Shown here: positions 25,931 to 34,589 of the stretch, piece by piece
Layout: each line of letters starts with the position of its first letter
How positions within the stretch are numbered: position 1 is the first letter of the stretch
Virus record (IMG/VR): IMGVR_UViG_3300045971_000277
Coordinates: 31,181-95,180 of that record
Source of the DNA: a virus
Direction: 5' to 3' (one strand)
DNA length: 64,000 bases
Notes under the pieces: model-generated
Database searches by the model: none
What the model was told of the DNA's origin: nothing
The model's input: only the letters and a program-made list of their open reading frames with translations
Position numbers and translations under genes: made by a program

Positions 25931-27010
25931 ATGGCAGAGCTTAAAGTCAAACCAGCGTGGATGGCGACCGGATCGTGGGCTCGTGACCTTTCGAGCCACA
26001 TCGCGGCGCTCCATACGGCTGAACGTGTCCTTGCGTTGAACCTCGACAAGATTCGTGCGATGGGCCTGCCGTTCCGTGTGTGGCGCCGCGTCGATGAGCG
26101 GCTCGCGCTGACTCTACCCAGGTCGCAGAAGTGCAGCTGCTTCCAAGACTCGACGCAGCAGTCGGATGCTCCCTGCCTATCCTGCTACGGCCAGCGCATT
26201 ATACCCGGCTATCTCCGGTGGGGCTACACGACCGAATTCTACGCTAGCATCGACACTGGTCTAACATTGTCGAATCTTGAGTTGAACCGGGCCGTTACGC
26301 CGTTCCGCTTACAGCTGACGGCGGGCTCCATCACCGGCAGCCTCATCACTCCTCTCTACACCATTACTGATATCCCGGTCGGCCCATGGCAGCATAAGGT
26401 CGATGGCTATCCACGGGATTCGTCCGGCACCATCACGACCGAAATGAGTGTCGATGGTGGGGCTTATCAGCCTGTTGCGAATCTTGGTGTGACGGTTAAC
26501 CCAGGCCAAGGTCAATCTATACGATTCCGAGTAACACTGGCGCGGCCCACGGCCGCAGGTAAGTCTCCCCTGTTTGAGATCCTACGGGTCCGATATCCTG
26601 TGGTTCCGTCGTTCCGCAGCCATAATCCGGCTGGCCCCCTCAATGGCTTCGCCCACCAAGATACGACGGAGCCGGGTGAGATTCTACTGCTAAAGACTTG
26701 GGATCAAGAGCGATTTGCACGTGAGGCCGCTGGCACCAACACGGCCACGGACGGACAACGGTATTGGACCGTTCCGCTTTCGTTCTTCGACCCGCGAATC
26801 GATCGGGAGAGCCCGGAGGCCACTCTGGGCCGCGACCATTTCGTCGAAGAAGCGAGAGGGCCAGAGGACGGCGCTCGCTATGTCGGCACGCGCCACGCGT
26901 ACTCCCGCACATTCAAGATCTTCACCCAGCAAACCATCAGCTTACGTAGGATCATCGGCGACATTGGTGATCGAACCGGCGGTGAAGGTACAATCCAGAG
27001 GGTATTTTAG
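25931..27010 (+). CDS. Putative head-closure/neck protein
   Basis: Structural-operon context; Cys cluster KCSC...CLSCYG near the N-terminus. Confidence 0.5.
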   Translation: MAELKVKPAWMATGSWARDLSSHIAALHTAERVLALNLDKIRAMGLPFRVWRRVDERLALTLPRSQKCSCFQDSTQQSDAPCLSCYGQRIIPGYLRWGYTTEFYASIDTGLTLSNLELNRAVTPFRLQLTAGSITGSLITPLYTITDIPVGPWQHKVDGYPRDSSGTITTEMSVDGGAYQPVANLGVTVNPGQGQSIRFRVTLARPTAAGKSPLFEILRVRYPVVPSFRSHNPAGPLNGFAHQDTTEPGEILLLKTWDQERFAREAAGTNTATDGQRYWTVPLSFFDPRIDRESPEATLGRDHFVEEARGPEDGARYVGTRHAYSRTFKIFTQQTISLRRIIGDIGDRTGGEGTIQRVF

Positions 27011-27733
27011 ATGATCAAAATCACCCTACTAGCACATAAGGCATGCGTAAAGTGCAATAAAAGTAAGCCGGTTAGCGAATTCCCACGACGCTACACTGGA
27101 TACCGCAATGATTGTAAAGTATGCAATCGAAATGGTGCGAGACAACGTTATGTAGATAACGCTGATAGATATTTACAAACCAAAAAGTTGCGCTATACTG
27201 GAGATCAAGAATACAAACAGCGGCGTAATGCTATGACTAACTCGTGGTATGCTAACAATAAGGATCAAGTTTCCGCCGCTAGCAAGAAATACTATCAAGA
27301 GAACAGAGAGCAGATTTTGGCTCATAGTAAGGTGTATTATCAAGACAATAAGCTACAGATTCTATCTAGAGATAGAGCGTATCAGGCAGGTAATCGTGAT
27401 AAAATAAACAAACGTCGTAAAAATAAGCTTAAGACTGATGTTAATTTTAGGCTTGGCATGAATCTACGACATAGGGTGAAAAATAGTTTACGATCTGGAT
27501 CAGCCGTGCGCGATCTGGGTTGTACCATAGATGAACTGCGGCAACATTTGGAGTCTAAGTTTCAGCCCGGTATGACGTGGGACAATTATGGGCTACACGG
27601 ATGGCATATCGATCACATCCGGCCGCTGGCTAATTTTAGTTTGGAGAACAGGGAAGAGTTCTTAAAGGCTGCGCATTACACTAATTTGCAACCGTTGTGG
27701 GCCAAGGATAACTTGGTTAAGGGTAATAGGTAA
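27011..27733 (+). CDS. HNH-type homing endonuclease
   Basis: KACVKCNKSKPVSEF...CKVC; Tyr/Lys-rich helical middle; GMTWDNYG..GWHIDHIRPL...HYTNLQPLWAKDNLVKG; AT-rich. Confidence 0.88.
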   Translation: MIKITLLAHKACVKCNKSKPVSEFPRRYTGYRNDCKVCNRNGARQRYVDNADRYLQTKKLRYTGDQEYKQRRNAMTNSWYANNKDQVSAASKKYYQENREQILAHSKVYYQDNKLQILSRDRAYQAGNRDKINKRRKNKLKTDVNFRLGMNLRHRVKNSLRSGSAVRDLGCTIDELRQHLESKFQPGMTWDNYGLHGWHIDHIRPLANFSLENREEFLKAAHYTNLQPLWAKDNLVKGNR

Positions 27734-29277
27734 TGAAATTAACGGTAACCAATATCAGTGGCTCAGTCGTTTCGTCTCCCGTCGGAGTTCTACAGCCGCG
27801 TGAGTCATACCCCAGGACCGGCACAGCTGACATCACTAAGCAGAAATTTGATCGGATTCAGCCAGAGTTGGAGACGCTTCGTCAGCGTGGAGCACTAACG
27901 TACTCTATATCAGCTGGCCGCGCTGATATTGATCCAATGACGACTGATTATATTGCCTACATTGATTCGGTCAATGGAAGTGATAATAACGATGGTCTTA
28001 CGCAGAATACGGCGTGGGCCACTATTGATAAGGCACTCAATAGTGCTCCGCTGTCGTGGACCGGCAAGTGTCGGATCTATGCTAAGGCAGGCACGTATAA
28101 GTTGGCCGCTAACTGTATTAGCACCGGTATTCCAATAGGGAGCACAGCCGAACCGTTCGCGTTTATTGGAGAGATGATAGATTCCGGCGTCGGTGTAGCC
28201 ACATGTTCTGCCGGGTCTACCACAACTGTTATTAATACTAGTGCTGTCTTAGTATCAGACGCCCACTATGGGAGACGTGTAAGATTCTTAACTGGTGCAT
28301 TAGCTGGTAAAACCTCACATGTTGTAGCCAACACTACATCTTCAGTGACAGTATTAGTACCACTTAGTTCTGCTCCACTTACTAGTGATACATTTGTAAT
28401 TGAGATGCCTGGTACTATAATCCAGCTACCTGATCTTAATTGCTTAATATCATCTGGCGGCATTGCTGCAAGTTTCATATCTACAGTTCCAATGTCTGCT
28501 ACATTTAACAGTGTAAAGTGGAAACTTGGGACTATAACATGGTTAATAGTCAGCGGTGGTACTACTCATATTAATTTTGATTCAAATGAGTTTATATTAG
28601 GTACTGCTACTAATAGTAAGTTGACCTGTGAGGCTGGGGCATCAATTAGTTCTAGAAGATTGTCTACTGAAGTAGGCCCTGATAACAGTTTAGTAGCCAG
28701 TGTCATCGTGTCCAATTCAGGATCATCTAGCTTAGTTGTCAGAGGTCTATATCCTACTAGTCAATCTTGTGCATTGTACGTACAATTTGCTGGATTCTTA
28801 TCTGGATTTACTAATTTAATAACAGATAATGCATCCTTTAGTTTGTCTGCTTACAACTCATCTGTAAGCTACGCGTATATGCGAGCTGGGTCATTATATG
28901 TTAATGATAATGCATCGTTATGGACCCCATTCCCGATTGTCATAGATGGTAAAAATCTAACATCAGTAGGAGTTAAGATAGAGCAGGGATCAATTATGGT
29001 AAATGGGTCACCTTCAGTATCTGTTTCAAATGTAAATGGCGATGCCGTACAGTTGTCTGAAAGTAGCAGATTTAGAACAGCATCGTTGACTGGTACTGGC
29101 AATACTGGTTATGGAGTTAAATTAGGGGATGGATGCATGGCTGTTGTCAGTGCATCATCTGTTACCGGCGCGGCAGGTGATATTATCGTGGGCGACACCG
29201 TGACGACGCATGCCGCGTTGACCACAGCTGGGTTCGTTACAAACGCTAATTATTTGGCACGAATCAGTAGGACATAA
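27733..29277 (+). CDS. Virion appendage protein: docking N-terminus shared with ORF 2126 + pectin-lyase-like beta-helix
   Basis: MKLTVTNISGSVVSSPVGVLQP homologous to 2126; YIDSVNGSDNNDGLT...AWATIDKA beta-helix cap motif; beta-helix-like C-terminus. Confidence 0.65.
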   Translation: MKLTVTNISGSVVSSPVGVLQPRESYPRTGTADITKQKFDRIQPELETLRQRGALTYSISAGRADIDPMTTDYIAYIDSVNGSDNNDGLTQNTAWATIDKALNSAPLSWTGKCRIYAKAGTYKLAANCISTGIPIGSTAEPFAFIGEMIDSGVGVATCSAGSTTTVINTSAVLVSDAHYGRRVRFLTGALAGKTSHVVANTTSSVTVLVPLSSAPLTSDTFVIEMPGTIIQLPDLNCLISSGGIAASFISTVPMSATFNSVKWKLGTITWLIVSGGTTHINFDSNEFILGTATNSKLTCEAGASISSRRLSTEVGPDNSLVASVIVSNSGSSSLVVRGLYPTSQSCALYVQFAGFLSGFTNLITDNASFSLSAYNSSVSYAYMRAGSLYVNDNASLWTPFPIVIDGKNLTSVGVKIEQGSIMVNGSPSVSVSNVNGDAVQLSESSRFRTASLTGTGNTGYGVKLGDGCMAVVSASSVTGAAGDIIVGDTVTTHAALTTAGFVTNANYLARISRT

Positions 29278-29278
29278 C

Positions 29279-30475
29279 GTGGCGATTTCGGAAGACCTAA
29301 GCTTACGCACGAACATACCGACCAACCCGGATCAGCCGGGTCGGTTGCCGGGTCAACTTGGTCGGATGACCGAATTGGTCAAGAATGTGTTTGTGTACGA
29401 ACTCCGTCATTATTTCGATAGTCAGACAAGCCCGGACCGGCTCGCTATGGTGCCGGTTATTCAGAAGTTCGCTTCAGATCTTCCCGCGCCCGACCGTGAA
29501 CTTGATCCGCTCGAAACTATTGTACGCGTTATCCGGAGCCATCCTGACATTACGGAACGCCTGCCCTATATCGGCATCGCCGCATCGGCTGGCAAGAACA
29601 TGAAGCTGGCGATGAGTGGTAAGTACGTCGACGCGGTTCGCCATCTGCCACGTTTGGTCGCCGGTACCGGCGCATACGCGCCACCGGTTGGCACGCCTGC
29701 CGTGGTGCCGTCAGCGCTAGACCTAACACAGTTTGATGACAACGGCCAGCCGGGCGTGCCTGTAGATTGGCCTGCCCCGCTCGGTATGGCCCAGTATGGA
29801 TTAGTTGGAGCCGATTATGTTGAGTTCACGACGTCATTTGACGGCGCGGTGTATACTGATCATATTAGCTTCAACGATATATATCTTGGGGTGTCTCCGC
29901 AAACCCCACGGATGATTGCGGACGCCATTAACAATCAGGCCCTATATTGTCAAGCTCATGTGGTGTTCTACAATAATGTACCAACGCTCGTAATCGAGCC
30001 CGGTGGCCCTTGTGGTCGTGGCACGTACGTGACGATTCAAAAGACGGCTGCGACGGCCAACTTTGACGCTTATATTAATCTGCCGATCCTACAGAAGTCC
30101 GCGCCATCTGATGAGTTTCCGACGTCTAACCGCTACCTTAACAGCATGTCGATGACGATCAGCATGGTTTTGGGTACGGACGGTGAGAACATCCGGGCGG
30201 AACTGACCGACTTGGTCCAGAACTTCTTCTGCTTTGTCATGGAAGACCGTCACTTCACCTTCTACGGTCGCTCATTCTTCCATGCCGACATTCCTGACGA
30301 GACCTACCAGATCCTAATTCGTGATAATGAGATCACCCCAGTGGGCGAACAGGAAGTAGCACGGCAGGACGATCCGATGCGTAAGGTATATATCAATAAA
30401 GTTGATGTGCCGGTGCATCTACTTTATTATGTCGACCGTAACGTGCAGGTCGGTGCGTATATGGGAGAACTATAA
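29279..30475 (+). CDS. Putative tail terminator/completion protein
   Basis: GTG start; position between neck and sheath genes; contains an IADAIN insertion module like the sheath. Confidence 0.5.
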   Translation: MAISEDLSLRTNIPTNPDQPGRLPGQLGRMTELVKNVFVYELRHYFDSQTSPDRLAMVPVIQKFASDLPAPDRELDPLETIVRVIRSHPDITERLPYIGIAASAGKNMKLAMSGKYVDAVRHLPRLVAGTGAYAPPVGTPAVVPSALDLTQFDDNGQPGVPVDWPAPLGMAQYGLVGADYVEFTTSFDGAVYTDHISFNDIYLGVSPQTPRMIADAINNQALYCQAHVVFYNNVPTLVIEPGGPCGRGTYVTIQKTAATANFDAYINLPILQKSAPSDEFPTSNRYLNSMSMTISMVLGTDGENIRAELTDLVQNFFCFVMEDRHFTFYGRSFFHADIPDETYQILIRDNEITPVGEQEVARQDDPMRKVYINKVDVPVHLLYYVDRNVQVGAYMGEL

Positions 30476-30960
30476 TGGCTGTCACAACACCCATAACATT
30501 ACCGACAACACGCACGGACCTACCCGGACGTAGTCTGCCTGATACCTCTACCCGTTGGGCCGCGGTCGAATGCAACGCTACGATTGGAGCGATTCGCGAG
30601 CGTATGTGCTGGCGCGGCCCGTGGGTTATCACACCGCAGTATGCGAGTAACGACGTCGTGACGTATAATAATAAGATATACGTCGCTTTTATGGCCAATG
30701 TCGGCAACGTTCCACCCGGCACTGCGTGGGACTTGCTCGCAGCTACGTCGGCTCCAGTCGACAATGAGGTTCCGGTCGGAACCGTAGACGGCGTCAATCC
30801 GACGTTCACATTGGCAGCCGTGCCGGCGACTGGCTCACTTCATTTATACTTGAACGGCGTTCGATTACGTCCGACTACCGACTATACTGCAACAGGATCT
30901 ACCATTACGATGTTGATGATACCACAGGTCGGGGATTGGCTTTATGCGGATTATCGTTAG
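30475..30960 (+). CDS. Small virion protein with CBM5/12-like motif and C-terminal beta module
   Basis: W....QYASNDVVTYNNKIYVA; NEVPVGTVDGVNPTFTL...LYLNGVRL...DYT...TITM. Confidence 0.6.
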   Translation: MAVTTPITLPTTRTDLPGRSLPDTSTRWAAVECNATIGAIRERMCWRGPWVITPQYASNDVVTYNNKIYVAFMANVGNVPPGTAWDLLAATSAPVDNEVPVGTVDGVNPTFTLAAVPATGSLHLYLNGVRLRPTTDYTATGSTITMLMIPQVGDWLYADYR

Positions 30961-32146
30961 TATCATTATAGCGTTAGTCTGGTCCACTGCGATGGCGGCT
31001 CCGACTGGCATTGGAGCGAACCAGATTCGTACGGCGCAGCCTAATGCGGTAGACATGAGTGGAGTCGCAGTGGCGGAAGGTAACTCACTGTCGGCTTCAC
31101 GCGCGGATCACACGCACCCAATCACCGGCATTCTGCAGCCTGCCCATGGTGGCACAGGTGTGAGCAACCTCAATTGTCCAGCTGGACAAGTGCTGACGTC
31201 AAATGGCTCAGTGTTTTCGTGTGTGGCTGCCGCAATATCCGCATACGCTAGGGCGTCAGTACCTGCGTGTGATGCAACTACGGCTGCACAAGAGATCCGT
31301 GTACACGATGCTGGCCAGTCTGATGAAACGTGGGTATGCATAAGGCGGGATACGACCTACGCTTGGTCGACGTATTCGATGGCTGCAAATTCAAATGCTG
31401 CTGTAATGGCTGACGGTACGTTGATAGCTACGGTAGGTGTAGTATGGACCTCTGCTCCATCAGGAGATGCCTGCGTTAACCAGCTCACGAGCGTAAGTAC
31501 ATTAGGCGCAGCTCACTCAGGTGAGTGCGTTAATCCACGTACTGACGTTTATGGCACTTACACGTGGCGTAGCACCGCTATGTGGATGGCTGTGGGAGCT
31601 ACAAATAAGTTTTACGGCGCTGAGATCAGACTAACAGGGTCAATCCCAGTTACATTTGGGCCAGCCTCTACGCCTGATAACTATCAGTGCGGCGCTGGCG
31701 GCGGTGAAGATGTATGCAATTATGACACACCGTATGATGTGGTGGGATACAGCAGAATGTATCCGTGCGCACTAAACTCTACTACATGTTGGATTGGTGC
31801 CACTACTTACACTGGATGGCGTCACTATAGCGCGGTCAATACTGTATCGTCTAGAAAACTAATCATAAAGAGTAGCCCTATGACTGCTAGCGGGACGGTA
31901 ATTTGGTCCAGTGCGGCAGGCGTTAACGCTATCACCTGGAATAAGGGCTGGAACTTGATACGTGCTGATAACGTTAATCCACCGGCAGGTATTAACGCCG
32001 ACGACTACTATTGGGTGGTGATTAAGCGCTTCGATTTCGGTCCTTGGTATAGCTGCACTGGACCGATATGCTTACCTGCTAATAATGACAGTGAAGCATT
32101 GGTGAGCCATCCAGCCTCATGGGTAGTGACAAAGGTTCTTAGGTGA
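30944..32146 (+). CDS. Secreted fibre-like protein, paralogue A
   Basis: MRIIVSIIIALVWSTAMA|APTG; fibre motifs AEGNSLSASRADHTH and HGGTG; 12 Cys. Confidence 0.7.
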   Translation: MRIIVSIIIALVWSTAMAAPTGIGANQIRTAQPNAVDMSGVAVAEGNSLSASRADHTHPITGILQPAHGGTGVSNLNCPAGQVLTSNGSVFSCVAAAISAYARASVPACDATTAAQEIRVHDAGQSDETWVCIRRDTTYAWSTYSMAANSNAAVMADGTLIATVGVVWTSAPSGDACVNQLTSVSTLGAAHSGECVNPRTDVYGTYTWRSTAMWMAVGATNKFYGAEIRLTGSIPVTFGPASTPDNYQCGAGGGEDVCNYDTPYDVVGYSRMYPCALNSTTCWIGATTYTGWRHYSAVNTVSSRKLIIKSSPMTASGTVIWSSAAGVNAITWNKGWNLIRADNVNPPAGINADDYYWVVIKRFDFGPWYSCTGPICLPANNDSEALVSHPASWVVTKVLR

Positions 32147-32150
32147 AAAC

Positions 32151-33380
32151 GTGAAAAAACTTACCTTAGGTTTGCTATTAATCAGCGTAGCATTAGCCGC
32201 ACCAACTGGTATCAACACTAACCAGATCAGGACGGCTCAGCCTAACGCGATCGACTTGGCCGCACCTTCAGTAGCCGAGGGTAACTCGCTAGGAGTGGCA
32301 CGTTCCGATCATACCCACTCTATTACAGGCGTACTCCCACAGTTGCATGGCGGTACAGGTAGCGCTAGCGTAGCATGTGGAGCAGGTCAGGTACTGACGT
32401 CGGATGGAACGACTTACACATGTGTTAGCGCTGGATTGACGACGTATGCCAGAGCTTCCGTACCAGCATGCGACGGGTCAAAGATATCCAGCGAGATAGT
32501 TGTGCATGATGCAGGTCAGCCTGACGAGACTTGGGTGTGCGAGTTAACTGCAGCCGCTGCGTATATGTGGACGGTGTACGCTCAGGTGCCTAACTCTACA
32601 GTTCAAGTTATGAGCGGCAGCGGCATGCAGTTCGTTACTGTTGGAGGTACATTTACTCCTGCATATATGAATGGGCAGGTGTTCTGCAGCGTGTCGCTGA
32701 CCTCGACACAGGCGGGCCCAGCTACTAGTTCTGGATGCCGTAGGGACACACCGGACTACTGCGGCGCAGGATGTACAGGATCCTTTAAGATAGGGGCGAT
32801 GTATTTAGCTGTAGGCGCGACCTCACGCTTCACTCGCGTTAGACTGGAGTTGAGTGGCACGCCTTGGCCTATGCTTCAACCGTGTGTCGGGTCAACTCCA
32901 GCTAGCTGCACGGCTAACATAACTAGCGGGCAAAGGGTGATGCAGTACGGCTCGCCTTACGCGTATGCTTCATGGCCCGTTGCATGGTCTAGTGGCGGGT
33001 CAGGCGCATCGCTTCAGATAGGAGTGCTGTGGGATACATACGGGAGCGTTTATAGCGTGCAGGTGGCTTCTCCCTACAATAAAGTATTCCAAACTAACCA
33101 ATTCGTACGGTCAGGCGATTTGAAGATATCGCTTGATGCGGCTGCTAGGAATGCGTGGCTTCCTGGCTGGAATGCTTCACTCGGACCTGCCCCAACTGGC
33201 GTTAATGCGGCTAGCTACTATTGGATGGTATACACTTGGGATGGCGCCTATGGTACCCCATGGACGAGCACTGTTAACGCGCCGTGGACTTACGGTGCAG
33301 GCTGGGGCGCTTGGGAAGCTGAGGCTCAGGCTCCTGTTACTAATTACACAGTCAGAGCTGCGGGAGTCTGGGATGATTAA
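32151..33380 (+). CDS. Secreted fibre-like protein, paralogue B
   Basis: GTG start; MKKLTLGLLLISVALA|APTG; same N-terminal ~150 aa as A and C; 10 Cys. Confidence 0.7.
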   Translation: MKKLTLGLLLISVALAAPTGINTNQIRTAQPNAIDLAAPSVAEGNSLGVARSDHTHSITGVLPQLHGGTGSASVACGAGQVLTSDGTTYTCVSAGLTTYARASVPACDGSKISSEIVVHDAGQPDETWVCELTAAAAYMWTVYAQVPNSTVQVMSGSGMQFVTVGGTFTPAYMNGQVFCSVSLTSTQAGPATSSGCRRDTPDYCGAGCTGSFKIGAMYLAVGATSRFTRVRLELSGTPWPMLQPCVGSTPASCTANITSGQRVMQYGSPYAYASWPVAWSSGGSGASLQIGVLWDTYGSVYSVQVASPYNKVFQTNQFVRSGDLKISLDAAARNAWLPGWNASLGPAPTGVNAASYYWMVYTWDGAYGTPWTSTVNAPWTYGAGWGAWEAEAQAPVTNYTVRAAGVWDD

Positions 33381-34581
33381 ACTGGCCTTAGCGCTACTCC
33401 TCACAGCGCCTACCGGCATCAATACGAACCAGATCAGGACGGCTCAGCCAAACGTATTAGATGTAACGGGAGTAACGGCAGCTGACGGTAACGTTTTAGA
33501 TGTGGCGAGAGCCGACCATGGTCACGCTGTGACGGGTACTCTACAACAGTCACACGGTGGTACGGGCGCTGGCAGCGTAGTTTGCCCAGCAGGTCAAGTG
33601 CTGACGTCAAGCGCAGGTGTAGTGTCATGCGTGAGTGCCGGTATCAGTGCATACGCTCGCGCCTCAGCCCCCACGTGTGATGCGTCGCAGGTGTCAAAAG
33701 AGATAAGGGTGCACGACACAGGCCAAGCGGATGAGACATGGGTATGTGAGTTGCGCGATACGACTTACGCGTGGACCGTATACTCACAAGCACCTAATTC
33801 GACTGCTCAAGTAATGGCTGATGGTACAGGCTTAGTCACAGTTGGCGGGGTCGTAGCCAGTGTAGGCGATAGGTTTCTTAGCAGCGCAGTACCTGCCTAC
33901 GGTGCACCAACTGCTACGGTATTAGTAGATGCGCAGTATGGCTCACGTATGGCTTCATATTTCGCGGTAGGCTCAACTAAGAAGTTTTCGCGTATCTATT
34001 TAAACGTACGCAACCCGCCTAAGGACTCTACTTATTTATGCACAGGCGCTTCATATACGCATTTTAAGTACTTAGATGGTGGCTGGACACAGGGTGGACT
34101 TAATTGGACGCCTAGCACATTAGAAGCGAGCAATGGTTGGTTTAATTACGGTGTTCCTGCGCTTCTGCAGCAAAGCGGTACCGTTCCTACATGCGGCAAT
34201 GTGACTGTTACTAAAGCCACTACGGGTACATTTGGCTCTTCTACAGGTACTCCATGGGGTGCGGATACAGGTGTTACACAGTTTTTAACTTGGCGACCGT
34301 TCGGTGTTGATGGCTATATCGAGTTCACAGGCGCTAACGTAAACTGGACTAAGGGATGGAGCTGTCTTGGTTACGGTAGCGGTTACGGTACTGCCGCACC
34401 CACAGGCATCAACGCAAACGATTATTACTGGGTCGTATTTAGCGTACTCACTGACTGGACTGTACACTCATGCTCAACCGACCCCACTGCAGGTACATGC
34501 GGTAGTTTTTTGGGTGGTAATGTGTACCGACGGGGTGACAACTACTCACCATTAGTAATCTACGCAACAAGTGTGGAATAG
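33373..34581 (+). CDS. Secreted fibre-like protein, paralogue C
   Basis: Start set at ATG 33373 (GGGAG upstream; overlaps previous stop); short hydrophobic leader MIKLALALLLT then APTGINTNQIRTAQPN; 9 Cys. Confidence 0.68.
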   Translation: MIKLALALLLTAPTGINTNQIRTAQPNVLDVTGVTAADGNVLDVARADHGHAVTGTLQQSHGGTGAGSVVCPAGQVLTSSAGVVSCVSAGISAYARASAPTCDASQVSKEIRVHDTGQADETWVCELRDTTYAWTVYSQAPNSTAQVMADGTGLVTVGGVVASVGDRFLSSAVPAYGAPTATVLVDAQYGSRMASYFAVGSTKKFSRIYLNVRNPPKDSTYLCTGASYTHFKYLDGGWTQGGLNWTPSTLEASNGWFNYGVPALLQQSGTVPTCGNVTVTKATTGTFGSSTGTPWGADTGVTQFLTWRPFGVDGYIEFTGANVNWTKGWSCLGYGSGYGTAAPTGINANDYYWVVFSVLTDWTVHSCSTDPTAGTCGSFLGGNVYRRGDNYSPLVIYATSVE

Positions 34582-34589
34582 GGGATAGG

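Noticed and set aside
26996-27733. Possible terminal duplication around the 27011 HNH gene (AGGGTA near both gene ends)
   Set aside because: Only 6 nt shared and the encoded ends differ; too weak compared with the 253/2055 and 25241/25916 cases.
30944-34581. Diversity-generating retroelement target/template
   Set aside because: No near-identical TR/VR pair differing at adenines and no reverse transcriptase in the window.
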